A stretch of 32,000 bases of DNA from Candidatus Saccharimonadota bacterium (GCF_024818015.1 NZ_CP093908.1:60001-92000); one strand, 5' to 3'. Shown: positions 1-12,398, numbered from the stretch's first letter. Notes: generated by a model not told the origin, from the sequence alone. A program made the numbers and translations.

Positions 1-3000
1 ACCCCTACTGTAACAGGTTGATCAAATTTTTCTCCTGTTTCTCCATCAAATAAATAAGTATTTCCAAAAAGAGGGATATTAGCTATATCAGTATATTTTG
101 ATATTTCTTCTATAGAAGCTCCATCAAATATTGGAGTTATAAAATTTATTCCCAGTTTTTCACCTGCCCAACCTAAAATTGTTTCATAGATTTGACCTAG
201 ATTCATACGTGAAGGTACACCTAATGGATTTAAAACTAAATCTACCGAAGTCCCATCTTCTAAATATGGCATATCCTCTTCTTTAACAATACGTGCCACA
301 ATTCCTTTATTTCCATGTCTTCCAGACATTTTATCACCTACTTTTAAGTTCCTTTTTTTAGCAATCAAAACTTTAGCGATTTTAATAATACCTGATGTTG
401 ATGTAATTTCATCTCCAATTAATAATCTATTTTTTTGACGTTGAAACTTCATTTTTAATTCATTTTTTTTAAAAAAATAAAGTTTTATAATTTTAAAAAA
501 TTTATTATTTAAATATTTATTATTTAAATATTTATGATTTTCCCAAATTTTAGAGATTCTATCTCTCTCTTTAGAAGAGAATATTTTATTTAAAAAATTC
601 AAAATTTTCACTTTTGGGATTCTAAAAGAAGAACTATATCCTGAGCATTCTAATACAAGAATTAGTTTATTAAATAATAATTTTTTTAAAAGAATTAAAT
701 TCTTAATATATTTATAATATAAATTTCTTATCATCAATTTTTGAATTTCTTCATATTCTTTTGAATAAATTTTTGTATCAATTACTACTCCAAATAAAGA
801 GGAATCAGCTTTTAAAGATGTATTTTTTATAGTTCCTACTTTCTTTCCAAAAATTGCTTTTAAAAAGTTTTCTTCTGAAGTTGGATATCCTTCTTTTTTA
901 GGAGTTATTCTTCCTATAAGGACATCGCCAGGTTTAACTTCAGACCCGATCTTTATAATTCCATCTTTATCTAATTTTTTTTTTTTTTCCTCATTAATAT
1001 TTGGTAGATCAAATGTGAATTCTTCCATTCCTAACTTAGTTTCACGTACTTCTAATGAATATTCATCTAGATGAATTGATGTAAACCAATCCTCACGGAC
1101 TACTTTTTCAGAAATTGCTATAGCATCTTCAAAATTATATCCTTTGAAAGGCATAAAAGCAACTTTTATATTTCTACCTAATGCTAATTTTCCATTTTTA
1201 GTTGCAAATCCTTCACATAAAACTTGACCTTTAGTAACATACATTCCTTGTTTTACAATTGGGATTATATTAATACAAGTATTTTGATTAGTTTTTCTAA
1301 ATTTAATAAAATTATAATTTTGAATTCTCTTTTCAAAAGAAAGTAATTTTTCTTTTTCAGAAATAAAATATTTCACCTTAATATGATTAGCATCTACTGA
1401 TTCAACTACACCATATCCTTCTGCATATATTAATGCATTGACATATGGTGCTAAATGTTTTTCTAATCCAGTTCCTACTATCGGTGCTTTAGGATTTAAT
1501 AAAGGTACAGCTTGCCGCATCATGTTTGATCCCATTAAAGCCCTATTAGCATCATCATGTTCAAGAAATGGAATTAAAGATGCTGAAATAGATGCTATTT
1601 GATTAGTAGAAACATCTATATAATTAATTTTTTTATAATTAACCATAGGAAAATCAGCATTTACACGAACTATAATGTTATGTTTTAATAAACCGGTTTT
1701 ATAATTTAAAATAGCATTAGCTTGTGTTATTAATTTGTCAGATTCTTGATCACTACTAAGATAGATTGGTAGCTCATTTAGAACTACCTTTCCTTTTTGA
1801 ACTTTGAAATAAGGAGTCTCTATAAACCCCATAGGATTAATTCTTGCAAAAACACATAAAGAAGATATTAATCCAATATTCGGACCTTCTGGTGTTTCTA
1901 TAGGGCATAATCTTCCATAATGAGAATAATTAACATCGCGGATTTCAAATCCAGCTCTTTCTCTTGACAAGCCCCCAGTACCTAAAGAAGATATTCTTCT
2001 TTTATGTGTAATTTCAGCTAATGGGTTAGTTTGATCCATAAATTGAGATAATTCATCGGTACCAAAAAAAGAATTAATAACAGATGTTAAAGTTTTTGAA
2101 TTTATTAACTCTATAGGAGTTAAAGTTTCATTATCCTTTCCATTAATTCTTTCTTTTATAATTCTTGATATTCTTGCTATTCCTATTGAATATTGTGTAT
2201 ATAATTGTTCTCCTACTGTTTTAACCCTACGATTAGCTAAATGATCTATATCATCTACTTCTTTTTTATTATTACATAATGCCATTAAATTTTCTATAAT
2301 AGAAATTATGTCTTCTATATTAAGAATATTATTCTGTAATGGAAAATCTAATTTAAGAGTTTGATTTAATCTATATCTTCCAACTTCACCTAAGTAAGTT
2401 TCATCAAAAAAAAACTTATTTATAAACAATTTTGCTTTTTTAACATTAACATTTTTAGGAAATGAATCCTTTAATTCTTTATAGATATATATAATAGCTT
2501 CTTTTTGAGAATCTGTAGGATCATTTTTTAAGGTTTTATGGATTATTGAATAATACTTTTTTTTTTTTTTATATAAACTAATCACTTTGATCTTATAAGA
2601 AAGTATTAAATTTATATGATATTTTTTTAATTTTATATCTCTTTCTAAGAGAATCTCATTTTTAGACGTCAATATTCTGGCTGCAAGAGTTCTTCCTAAG
2701 AAATTTTTATAATTTATTTTATTTATCTTTACTTCTTCTGCTAAATTAAATATATTTAATATATTATAACCTAATGCTCTAAGTAAAGTAGTTATCGGTA
2801 ATCTTTTTTTTAGATCTAAATAAATGTACATAACATTATTAATGTCTGTTGAAAATTCTATCCAAGATCCCTTGAGAGGGATAATCCTTGCATAAGATAT
2901 TTTTTTTAGATTTGGTAGATCATATTGTCCAAAAAACACACCAGGAGATCTATGTAATTGAGAAACAATTACTCTTTCCGATCCATTAAAAATAAAAGAA

Positions 3001-3404
3001 CCCGATGGAGTCATATATGGGCAAGTACCGAAATACACATCTTGATATATTGTTTCAAAATATTTGGTTTTTTTACGATAGATTTTGAATCTGGTATTTA
3101 TATAGACATTATATGTTAATCCTCTTTTTAAACATTCTTCTATTGAATAAATAGGATCATATATTTTATATGAAATAAAATCTAGAAACAACTTATTTTT
3201 GGCATCTGAAATAGGAAAATATTCTATAAAAACTTTATAAAAACCTTTACCTTTCTTGCTGAGATTTTTAGAATTTATACAAAAAAAATTAGTAAAAGAT
3301 TTTATTTGAAGATCTAAAAAATCAGGATATGAAATTTTATTTCTTACTGAAGCAAAATTTATAGTTTTAGGGAATTTAAAAATTTTAATTTTTTTCACAA
3401 TCAT
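1..3404 (-). CDS. rpoB: DNA-directed RNA polymerase beta subunit, partial (3' end runs off the left edge)
   Basis: Manual minus-strand translation from ATG 3404-3402 (MIVKKIKIFKF...). Near the window start the same frame gives the conserved beta motif ...NLKVGDKMSGRHGNKGIVARIVKEEDMPYLEDGTSVDLVLNPLGVPSRMNLGQ. No stops were found in the segments I checked (360-740, 960-1020, 2550-2580). Absent from the ORF track, most likely because its stop codon lies outside the window. Confidence 0.95.
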   Translation of the reverse strand, partial: MIVKKIKIFKFPKTINFASVRNKISYPDFLDLQIKSFTNFFCINSKNLSKKGKGFYKVFIEYFPISDAKNKLFLDFISYKIYDPIYSIEECLKRGLTYNVYINTRFKIYRKKTKYFETIYQDVYFGTCPYMTPSGSFIFNGSERVIVSQLHRSPGVFFGQYDLPNLKKISYARIIPLKGSWIEFSTDINNVMYIYLDLKKRLPITTLLRALGYNILNIFNLAEEVKINKINYKNFLGRTLAARILTSKNEILLERDIKLKKYHINLILSYKIKVISLYKKKKKYYSIIHKTLKNDPTDSQKEAIIYIYKELKDSFPKNVNVKKAKLFINKFFFDETYLGEVGRYRLNQTLKLDFPLQNNILNIEDIISIIENLMALCNNKKEVDDIDHLANRRVKTVGEQLYTQYSIGIARISRIIKERINGKDNETLTPIELINSKTLTSVINSFFGTDELSQFMDQTNPLAEITHKRRISSLGTGGLSRERAGFEIRDVNYSHYGRLCPIETPEGPNIGLISSLCVFARINPMGFIETPYFKVQKGKVVLNELPIYLSSDQESDKLITQANAILNYKTGLLKHNIIVRVNADFPMVNYKKINYIDVSTNQIASISASLIPFLEHDDANRALMGSNMMRQAVPLLNPKAPIVGTGLEKHLAPYVNALIYAEGYGVVESVDANHIKVKYFISEKEKLLSFEKRIQNYNFIKFRKTNQNTCINIIPIVKQGMYVTKGQVLCEGFATKNGKLALGRNIKVAFMPFKGYNFEDAIAISEKVVREDWFTSIHLDEYSLEVRETKLGMEEFTFDLPNINEEKKKKLDKDGIIKIGSEVKPGDVLIGRITPKKEGYPTSEENFLKAIFGKKVGTIKNTSLKADSSLFGVVIDTKIYSKEYEEIQKLMIRNLYYKYIKNLILLKKLLFNKLILVLECSGYSSSFRIPKVKILNFLNKIFSSKERDRISKIWENHKYLNNKYLNNKFFKIIKLYFFKKNELKMKFQRQKNRLLIGDEITSTSGIIKIAKVLIAKKRNLKVGDKMSGRHGNKGIVARIVKEEDMPYLEDGTSVDLVLNPLGVPSRMNLGQIYETILGWAGEKLGINFITPIFDGASIEEISKYTDIANIPLFGNTYLFDGETGEKFDQPVTVG
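501..530. repeat. Perfect 15-bp tandem duplication (tttattatttaaata x2) inside rpoB, in frame (KYLNN-KYLNN)
   Basis: Positions 501-515 and 516-530 are identical. The repeat lies in a low-complexity AT-rich segment of rpoB, just upstream in the protein of the conserved GDKMSGRHGNKG block. Confidence 0.85.
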
Positions 3405-3806
3405 TCAATTAATTAATTCAATTTCAGCACCTATCTCTTCAAATTTTTTCTTGAATAATTCGGCTTCTTCTTTATTAAGAGATTCTTTTATAGTTGTTGG
3501 AACAGAATCTACTAATTCTTTAGAATCTTTAAGTCCTCTTCCAGTGATTTCTTTTATTAATTTAACTACTGCTAGTTTGGATGTGCCTGATGATTTAAGA
3601 ATAATATTATATCTTAGATTTTCTTTTTTTTGTTCTTGATTTATAGGAACTGTTTCTGTTTGATGATCATGATTAGATTCTAATCCATAATCTTTTTTCA
3701 AAATAATTGTTAATTCATTAACTTCTGTCACCGTTAAATTTACTAATTCTTTCGCTAAGTTTGCTATTTTAGCTGTATTTGTAGGATTTTTGTTTTCTTT
3801 TATCAT
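3405..3806 (-). CDS. rplL: 50S ribosomal protein L7/L12 (internal Met154 of the 287-aa ORF to the TGA stop)
   Basis: From the Met codon at 3806-3804 the frame reads MIKENKNPTNTAKIANLAKELVNLTVTEVNEL...KLAVVKLIKEITGRGLKDSKELVDS...EEIGAEIELIN. This matches the typical L7/L12 N-terminal dimerisation helix, hinge and C-terminal domain. Confidence 0.85.
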   Translation of the reverse strand: MIKENKNPTNTAKIANLAKELVNLTVTEVNELTIILKKDYGLESNHDHQTETVPINQEQKKENLRYNIILKSSGTSKLAVVKLIKEITGRGLKDSKELVDSVPTTIKESLNKEEAELFKKKFEEIGAEIELIN

Positions 3807-4268
3807 GGTATTTAATAATTTTATAATAATGATTATATTTTTTTTTATTAAAAATAATAATTCTATTAATAGATCATTCTTTGATTTAAGATTTATCAAA
3901 TAATTTAATGATTTATCTCCTAAATATAAATTATTTTCTAGATAAGCAGCTTTTAAAGATTCTTTATCTAAAGAATAAAATTTTTTCAAATTATTTATAA
4001 TAATTGCTGGATTGGCTAGATCAGTATTAGATGCCATTAAAGCAGTTTGGCCTTTTATAACTGGAGTAAATTCTTTATAATTTGAATTCTGTATTGCTTT
4101 TTTAAATAAGGTATTTTTTATAAATTTTAATTTTATATCTTTTTCATAACATTTTTTTCTAAAATAAGAAACTTTATCATTAGTTAACTCTGATAAATCA
4201 ACTAAATAAATACAATTGTTATTCTTAATTAGATTAAGATAACTTAATATTAAGATATTTTTTTTCAT
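3405..4268 (-). CDS. rplJ: 50S ribosomal protein L10 reading frame; the L10-like part is 3807-4268, it has no stop of its own, and it continues in frame into L7/L12
   Basis: The N-terminal ~153 aa are L10-like (MKKNILILSYLNLIKNNNCIYLVDLSELTNDKVSYFRKKCYEKDIKLKFIKNTLFKKA...). Position between rplA and rplL fits. The ORF track shows one uninterrupted 287-aa frame. Confidence 0.85.
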   Translation of the reverse strand: MKKNILILSYLNLIKNNNCIYLVDLSELTNDKVSYFRKKCYEKDIKLKFIKNTLFKKAIQNSNYKEFTPVIKGQTALMASNTDLANPAIIINNLKKFYSLDKESLKAAYLENNLYLGDKSLNYLINLKSKNDLLIELLFLIKKNIIIIIKLLNTMIKENKNPTNTAKIANLAKELVNLTVTEVNELTIILKKDYGLESNHDHQTETVPINQEQKKENLRYNIILKSSGTSKLAVVKLIKEITGRGLKDSKELVDSVPTTIKESLNKEEAELFKKKFEEIGAEIELIN

Positions 4269-4888
4269 AAATCTTGTGTATTTACTGATAGACTAGGTCC
4301 CATGGTACTAGAAATATATATTTTTTTTATGAAGACCTGCAATTTGTTTAAAACATCAATTAATGCTAAAATATTGTTTTTAATTTTTTCAAAACCAAAT
4401 GACACTTTACCAATAGCAGTATGTATTATTCCATATTTCTCCATTTTAAATTCTATTTTTCCAGACTTTATTTCTCTTATAGATCTATTTGGATTTTGAG
4501 TTACTGTTCCAGTTTTTGGATTAGGCATTAAACCTCTAGGACCTAATATTTTCCCTAATGACCCTAATTGGATCATTACTGATGGTATTGTAACTATAAC
4601 ATCAAATTTTACCCAACCATTTTTTATTTTATTTATATATTTATTTAATCCTATAAAATCTGCTCCAGAATTTTTTATTTCTTTTTCTCTTTCTTTAGGA
4701 AGTAAAGCTAAAACACGAATATTCTTTCCAGTACCATATGGTAAATTTACGGTTCCACGTATAAATTTATTAGGAATTTTGGGATCAATACCTAGACAGA
4801 TTGCAATCTCAACAGTAGAATCAAATTTTGTAATTATTTGTTGTGTTACAATTTTTGATGCTTCATTTAAGCTGTATCCTTTTTTCAT
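4265..4888 (-). CDS. rplA: 50S ribosomal protein L1
   Basis: 207-aa ORF containing ...VNLPYGTGKNIRVLAL...LGPRGLMPNPKTGTVT..., typical of L1. Synteny rplK-rplA-rplJ. 4-nt ATGA overlap with the rplJ start. Confidence 0.95.
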   Translation of the reverse strand: MKKGYSLNEASKIVTQQIITKFDSTVEIAICLGIDPKIPNKFIRGTVNLPYGTGKNIRVLALLPKEREKEIKNSGADFIGLNKYINKIKNGWVKFDVIVTIPSVMIQLGSLGKILGPRGLMPNPKTGTVTQNPNRSIREIKSGKIEFKMEKYGIIHTAIGKVSFGFEKIKNNILALIDVLNKLQVFIKKIYISSTMGPSLSVNTQDL

Positions 4889-4890
4889 AT

Positions 4891-5310
4891 TTATAAAATT
4901 TCAATACCCATTGATCTAGCTGTACCAGCTACCATAGAAATAGCAGATTTTAGATTAAAACAATTCATATCTATCATTTTATTTTTGGCAATATTCTCTA
5001 TTTGAGCCAAAGTAATTTTTCCTACTTTATTTTTATTTGATTCTTTTGAACCTTTATCAAGGTTACATAATTCTAATAATTGTTTAGATACTGGAGGTTC
5101 TTTTATAAGAAAAGAAAAACTTTTATCATTATAGATAGTTATAATAACTGGTAAAAGTTTTCCTTTACTTTTTTGTGTACTCAAATTATATTGTTTACAA
5201 AAATCCATTATATTTACACCAGCTGCTCCTAACGCTGGGCCTATAGGAGGAGCTGGATTAGCTAGTCCACCTTTGATTTGTAATTTAAGTTTTTTTAGAG
5301 TTTTTAACAT
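4891..5310 (-). CDS. rplK: 50S ribosomal protein L11
   Basis: 139-aa ORF: LKLQIKGGLANPAPPIGPALGAAGVNIMDFCKQYN..., the canonical L11 N-terminal domain. Confidence 0.95.
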   Translation of the reverse strand: MLKTLKKLKLQIKGGLANPAPPIGPALGAAGVNIMDFCKQYNLSTQKSKGKLLPVIITIYNDKSFSFLIKEPPVSKQLLELCNLDKGSKESNKNKVGKITLAQIENIAKNKMIDMNCFNLKSAISMVAGTARSMGIEIL

Positions 5311-5435
5311 TTTAACTTAAAAATTTTGTTCATTATAAAAAATGATATCTTATCTAAAGAAAAGATAATTAATGATAGTATGATAGTAATCAGTATTATA
5401 TATATAATATCATATTTAATCTTATACAATTTCAT
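5304..5435 (-). CDS. secE: Candidate miniature preprotein translocase subunit SecE (43 aa, single TM helix)
   Basis: This is the distal part of track ORF 5304..5540, starting at Met36 (cat at 5433-5435): MKLYKIKYDIIYIILITIILSLIIFSLDKISFFIMNKIFKLKC. It has one hydrophobic helix followed by an S-L-D motif resembling the SecE C-terminal TM region. It sits exactly where secE lies in the conserved tuf/tRNA-Trp/secE/nusG/rplK cluster. Short and low-complexity, so uncertain. Confidence 0.4.
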   Translation of the reverse strand: MKLYKIKYDIIYIILITIILSLIIFSLDKISFFIMNKIFKLKC

Positions 5436-5452
5436 TATTATTATTAGATTAG

Positions 5453-5527
5453 CACGGGTGGTAAGAATCGAACTCACGACCTTTGGTTTTGGAGACCAAT
5501 GCTCTAACCTTACTGAGCTACACCCGT
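5453..5527 (-). tRNA. tRNA-Trp (anticodon CCA)
   Basis: Hand-folded cloverleaf: acceptor ACGGGTG/CACCCGT, anticodon arm TTGGT-CTCCAAA-ACCAA, T arm GTGAG-TTCGATT-CTTAC. No encoded 3' CCA. Confidence 0.9.
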
Positions 5528-5532
5528 ATAAT

Positions 5533-6720
5533 TTATTCAATTATTTTAATTACTTGTCCTGCTCCAACAGTACGTCCACCTTCACGGATTGCAAAACGTA
5601 ATCCCTCGCTTATTGCCACTGGTTGTAAAAGTTCTACGTCTACAGAAATATTATCTCCTGGCATTACCATTTCTAGGTTATTTAATAAATAAATAGTGCC
5701 TGTAACATCTGTAGTTCTTAAATAAAATTGAGGTTTATATTTATTATGAAATGGAGTATGACGTCCCCCTTCTTCTTTATTAAGAATATATATTTGAGCC
5801 TTAAATTTCTTATGAGGAGTTATATATCCAGGTTTTGAGATTACCATTCCACGACGTATATCTTTTTTTTCTATCCCTCTTAATAATAAGCCGACATTAT
5901 CTCCAGCTTGTCCTTTATCTAGAATTTTTCTAAACATTTCTACTCCTGTAACTATAGAATTAAGTTTCTCAATTCCCATTCCGATTATATCGATAGAATC
6001 ACCAGTATTAATAGTACCTGTTTCAATACGGCCTGTGGCTACAGTTCCACGTCCTGTAATAGTAAACACATCTTCAATAGGCATTAAAAATGGTTTATCT
6101 ATATCTCTTATAGGCTCTTTAATATACTTATCTACAGTTTCCATAAGTGTTTCAATTTGTTGTTCCCATTTTTTTTCTCCATTTAACGCTCCTAAAGCAG
6201 AACCTTGTATTATTGGTATATTTTCTCCATCATATTCATATTTCGATAATAATTCTCTTATTTCAATTTCTACTAATTCTAGGATTTCCTTATCATCCAC
6301 TTGATCAACTTTATTCATAAAAACCACTAAATTAGGTACTCCAACTTGACGAGCTAATAAAATATGTTCCCTTGTTTGAGGCATTGGTCCATCTGTTGCC
6401 GCAACTACTAAAATTGCTCCATCCATTTGAGCTGCACCTGTAACCATATTTTTCACATAATCAGCATGTCCAGGACAATCAACATGAGCGTAATGGCGAA
6501 TTTCCGTTTTATATTCAACATGTGAAGTATTTATTGTAATCCCTCTTTCCTTTTCTTCAGGAGCATTATCAATTGAACTAAATTCTTTTGCTACTGCTAG
6601 TCCTTTTTTAGCTAAAACTTTTGTTATTGAAGCAGTTAAAGTTGTTTTTCCGTGATCTACATGACCTATTGTACCTATATTTAAATGAGGTTTATCACGT
6701 CTAAATATCTCTTTTGCCAT
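5533..6720 (-). CDS. tuf: Elongation factor Tu
   Basis: 395-aa ORF with [18 protein letters not shown] and NKVD GTPase motifs. Full-length EF-Tu. Confidence 0.98.
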   Translation of the reverse strand: MAKEIFRRDKPHLNIGTIGHVDHGKTTLTASITKVLAKKGLAVAKEFSSIDNAPEEKERGITINTSHVEYKTEIRHYAHVDCPGHADYVKNMVTGAAQMDGAILVVAATDGPMPQTREHILLARQVGVPNLVVFMNKVDQVDDKEILELVEIEIRELLSKYEYDGENIPIIQGSALGALNGEKKWEQQIETLMETVDKYIKEPIRDIDKPFLMPIEDVFTITGRGTVATGRIETGTINTGDSIDIIGMGIEKLNSIVTGVEMFRKILDKGQAGDNVGLLLRGIEKKDIRRGMVISKPGYITPHKKFKAQIYILNKEEGGRHTPFHNKYKPQFYLRTTDVTGTIYLLNNLEMVMPGDNISVDVELLQPVAISEGLRFAIREGGRTVGAGQVIKIIE

Positions 6721-6754
6721 ATTGTTTTTAAAAATTATATTTAATAATTTATAG

Positions 6755-6827
6755 AGCCAATGACGGGATTTGAACCCGTGACCTCTTTCTTACCAAGAAA
6801 GAACTCTACCAACTGAGCTACATCGGC
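6755..6827 (-). tRNA. tRNA-Thr (anticodon GGT)
   Basis: Cloverleaf: acceptor GCCGATG/CATTGGC, anticodon arm CTTTC-TTGGTAA-GAAAG, T arm with GGTTCAAATCC. No encoded CCA. Confidence 0.9.
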
Positions 6828-6833
6828 TTACTG

Positions 6834-6906
6834 AGCGGAAAACGGGATTTGAACCCGTGACAATCAACTTGGAAGGCTGATACTCTACCTACTGAGCTAT
6901 TTCCGC
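6834..6906 (-). tRNA. tRNA-Gly (anticodon TCC)
   Basis: Cloverleaf: acceptor GCGGAAA/TTTCCGC, anticodon loop CTTCCAA, T arm CACGGGTTCAAATCCCGT. No encoded CCA. Confidence 0.9.
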
Positions 6907-6910
6907 TTTG

Positions 6911-6993
6911 TGGGAAGAGTAGGATTCGAACCTACGAAGGTATAAACCAACAGATTTACAGTCTGTCCTCGTTAACCACTTGAGTATCTTCCC
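6911..6993 (-). tRNA. tRNA-Tyr (anticodon GTA), long variable arm
   Basis: Cloverleaf: acceptor GGGAAGA/TCTTCCC, anticodon arm ACAGA-CTGTAAA-TCTGT, long variable arm, T arm GTAGG-TTCGAAT-CCTAC. No encoded CCA. Confidence 0.9.
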
Positions 6994-6994
6994 T

Positions 6995-7068
6995 TGCCGA
7001 TGGAGGGATTCGAACCCACGGTCCCGAGATTACAAATCACGTGCTATAACCTACTAAGCTACATCGGC
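6995..7068 (-). tRNA. tRNA-Thr (anticodon TGT)
   Basis: Cloverleaf: acceptor GCCGATG/CATCGGC, anticodon loop TTTGTAA (one T:T mismatch in the stem), T arm GTGGGTTCGAATCCCTC. Only 1 nt separates it from tRNA-Tyr. Confidence 0.88.
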
Positions 7069-7122
7069 TACAAGATACACAATAAATATACAAAAAATAT
7101 TTTAATTTAAAAAAAAATACGA

Positions 7123-7536
7123 TTATCTATTTAATACAGAAAATTTAATTTTCTGAAGAATGATAAATAATCCGTTAGATCTTAATGGTGATAAAAAAAA
7201 AATTAAGCCCATTTTTTTTATAAAAGGATAATAATTATAATTTAAGACATCTTTAGTCTGTGAATTAGAGAATAAACGTGTTATTAAAAATAATAAACCT
7301 CTTGGAATTAAAGCTTCAGTATAAGCTTTAATAATTAATTTATTATTTTTCTGATTTAATTTTAACCAAATTTTAGATTGACAATTATTGATTAAATATT
7401 GATCGACAAGAGATTTTTTACTTAATAAAGGTAGAAGTTTTCCAATTTTTATTAAAAATAAATATTTATCTTCTAAAGATTCTATAACCAAAAATTGGTT
7501 AATTAATTTTTTTTCTTTTTTTAATAAAAAATTCAT
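7123..7536 (-). CDS. sufE: SufE-like cysteine desulfuration (sulfur acceptor) protein
   Basis: 137-aa ORF. Size and the NNCQSKIWL motif match the SufE active-site Cys context (C-x-S-x-V/I-W). The C-terminal ...LSPLRSNGL... is typical of the SufE/CsdE family. Confidence 0.75.
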   Translation of the reverse strand: MNFLLKKEKKLINQFLVIESLEDKYLFLIKIGKLLPLLSKKSLVDQYLINNCQSKIWLKLNQKNNKLIIKAYTEALIPRGLLFLITRLFSNSQTKDVLNYNYYPFIKKMGLIFFLSPLRSNGLFIILQKIKFSVLNR

Positions 7537-7732
7537 ATTAATTATACGTGTATTGCAGAAAAGGAAAATTATTTTTATTAAAAAAACAATTATATTATTA
7601 TATAAATAATATGTTTTTGAAAGTGAAAAAAAGAGAAAGATATAATCAAAAAATTCAATTAAAATTATAATGAATATGAAATATAAATAATTCTTTTTAG
7701 AAAGGGGATTACTTTTTGAAGTTTAAATGTGA
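7537..7732. promoter_or_regulatory. Divergent non-coding region between sufE and 16S; presumed rRNA operon promoter/leader
   Basis: The largest non-coding stretch in the window (~196 bp), immediately upstream of the 16S 5' end. I could not confidently place a Bacteroidetes-type TTTG / TAnnTTTG promoter by eye. Confidence 0.3.
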
Positions 7733-9282
<1,550 letters not shown>

Positions 9283-9339
9283 TTTAGATAAAACCCCTGT
9301 TTCTAAAAAGAGCTTCTAAAAAAAGATGGAGGCTTTGAA

Positions 9340-9413
9340 AGTCTCGTAGCTCAGTTGGTTAGAGCGCTACACTGATAATGTAGAGGTCTGCGGTTCAAAT
9401 CCGCACGGGACTA
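9340..9413 (+). tRNA. tRNA-Ile (anticodon GAT) in the 16S-23S spacer
   Basis: Cloverleaf: acceptor AGTCTCG/CGGGACT, anticodon arm CTACA-CTGATAA-TGTAG, T arm GCGGTTCAAATCCGC. No encoded CCA. Confidence 0.92.
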
Positions 9414-9423
9414 CTTATCTTGA

Positions 9424-9497
9424 GGGGGATTAGCTCAGTTGGTAAGAGTATCTGTTTTGCAATCAGAAGGTCATCGGTTCGAATCCGATATCCTCCA
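9424..9497 (+). tRNA. tRNA-Ala (anticodon TGC) in the 16S-23S spacer
   Basis: Cloverleaf: acceptor GGGGGAT/ATCCTCC with the G3:U70 alanine identity pair, anticodon loop TTTGCAA, T arm ATCGGTTCGAATCCGAT. No encoded CCA. Confidence 0.9.
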
Positions 9498-12376
<2,879 letters not shown>

Positions 12377-12398
12377 AGAAAAATATGTTTTTAGTTTA

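Noticed and set aside
5304-5540. The full 78-aa track ORF as a single gene
   Set aside because: Its first 35 codons are read through tRNA-Trp (5453-5527) and the tuf stop region. Only the distal 43 codons (from Met at 5435) are considered, as a possible secE.
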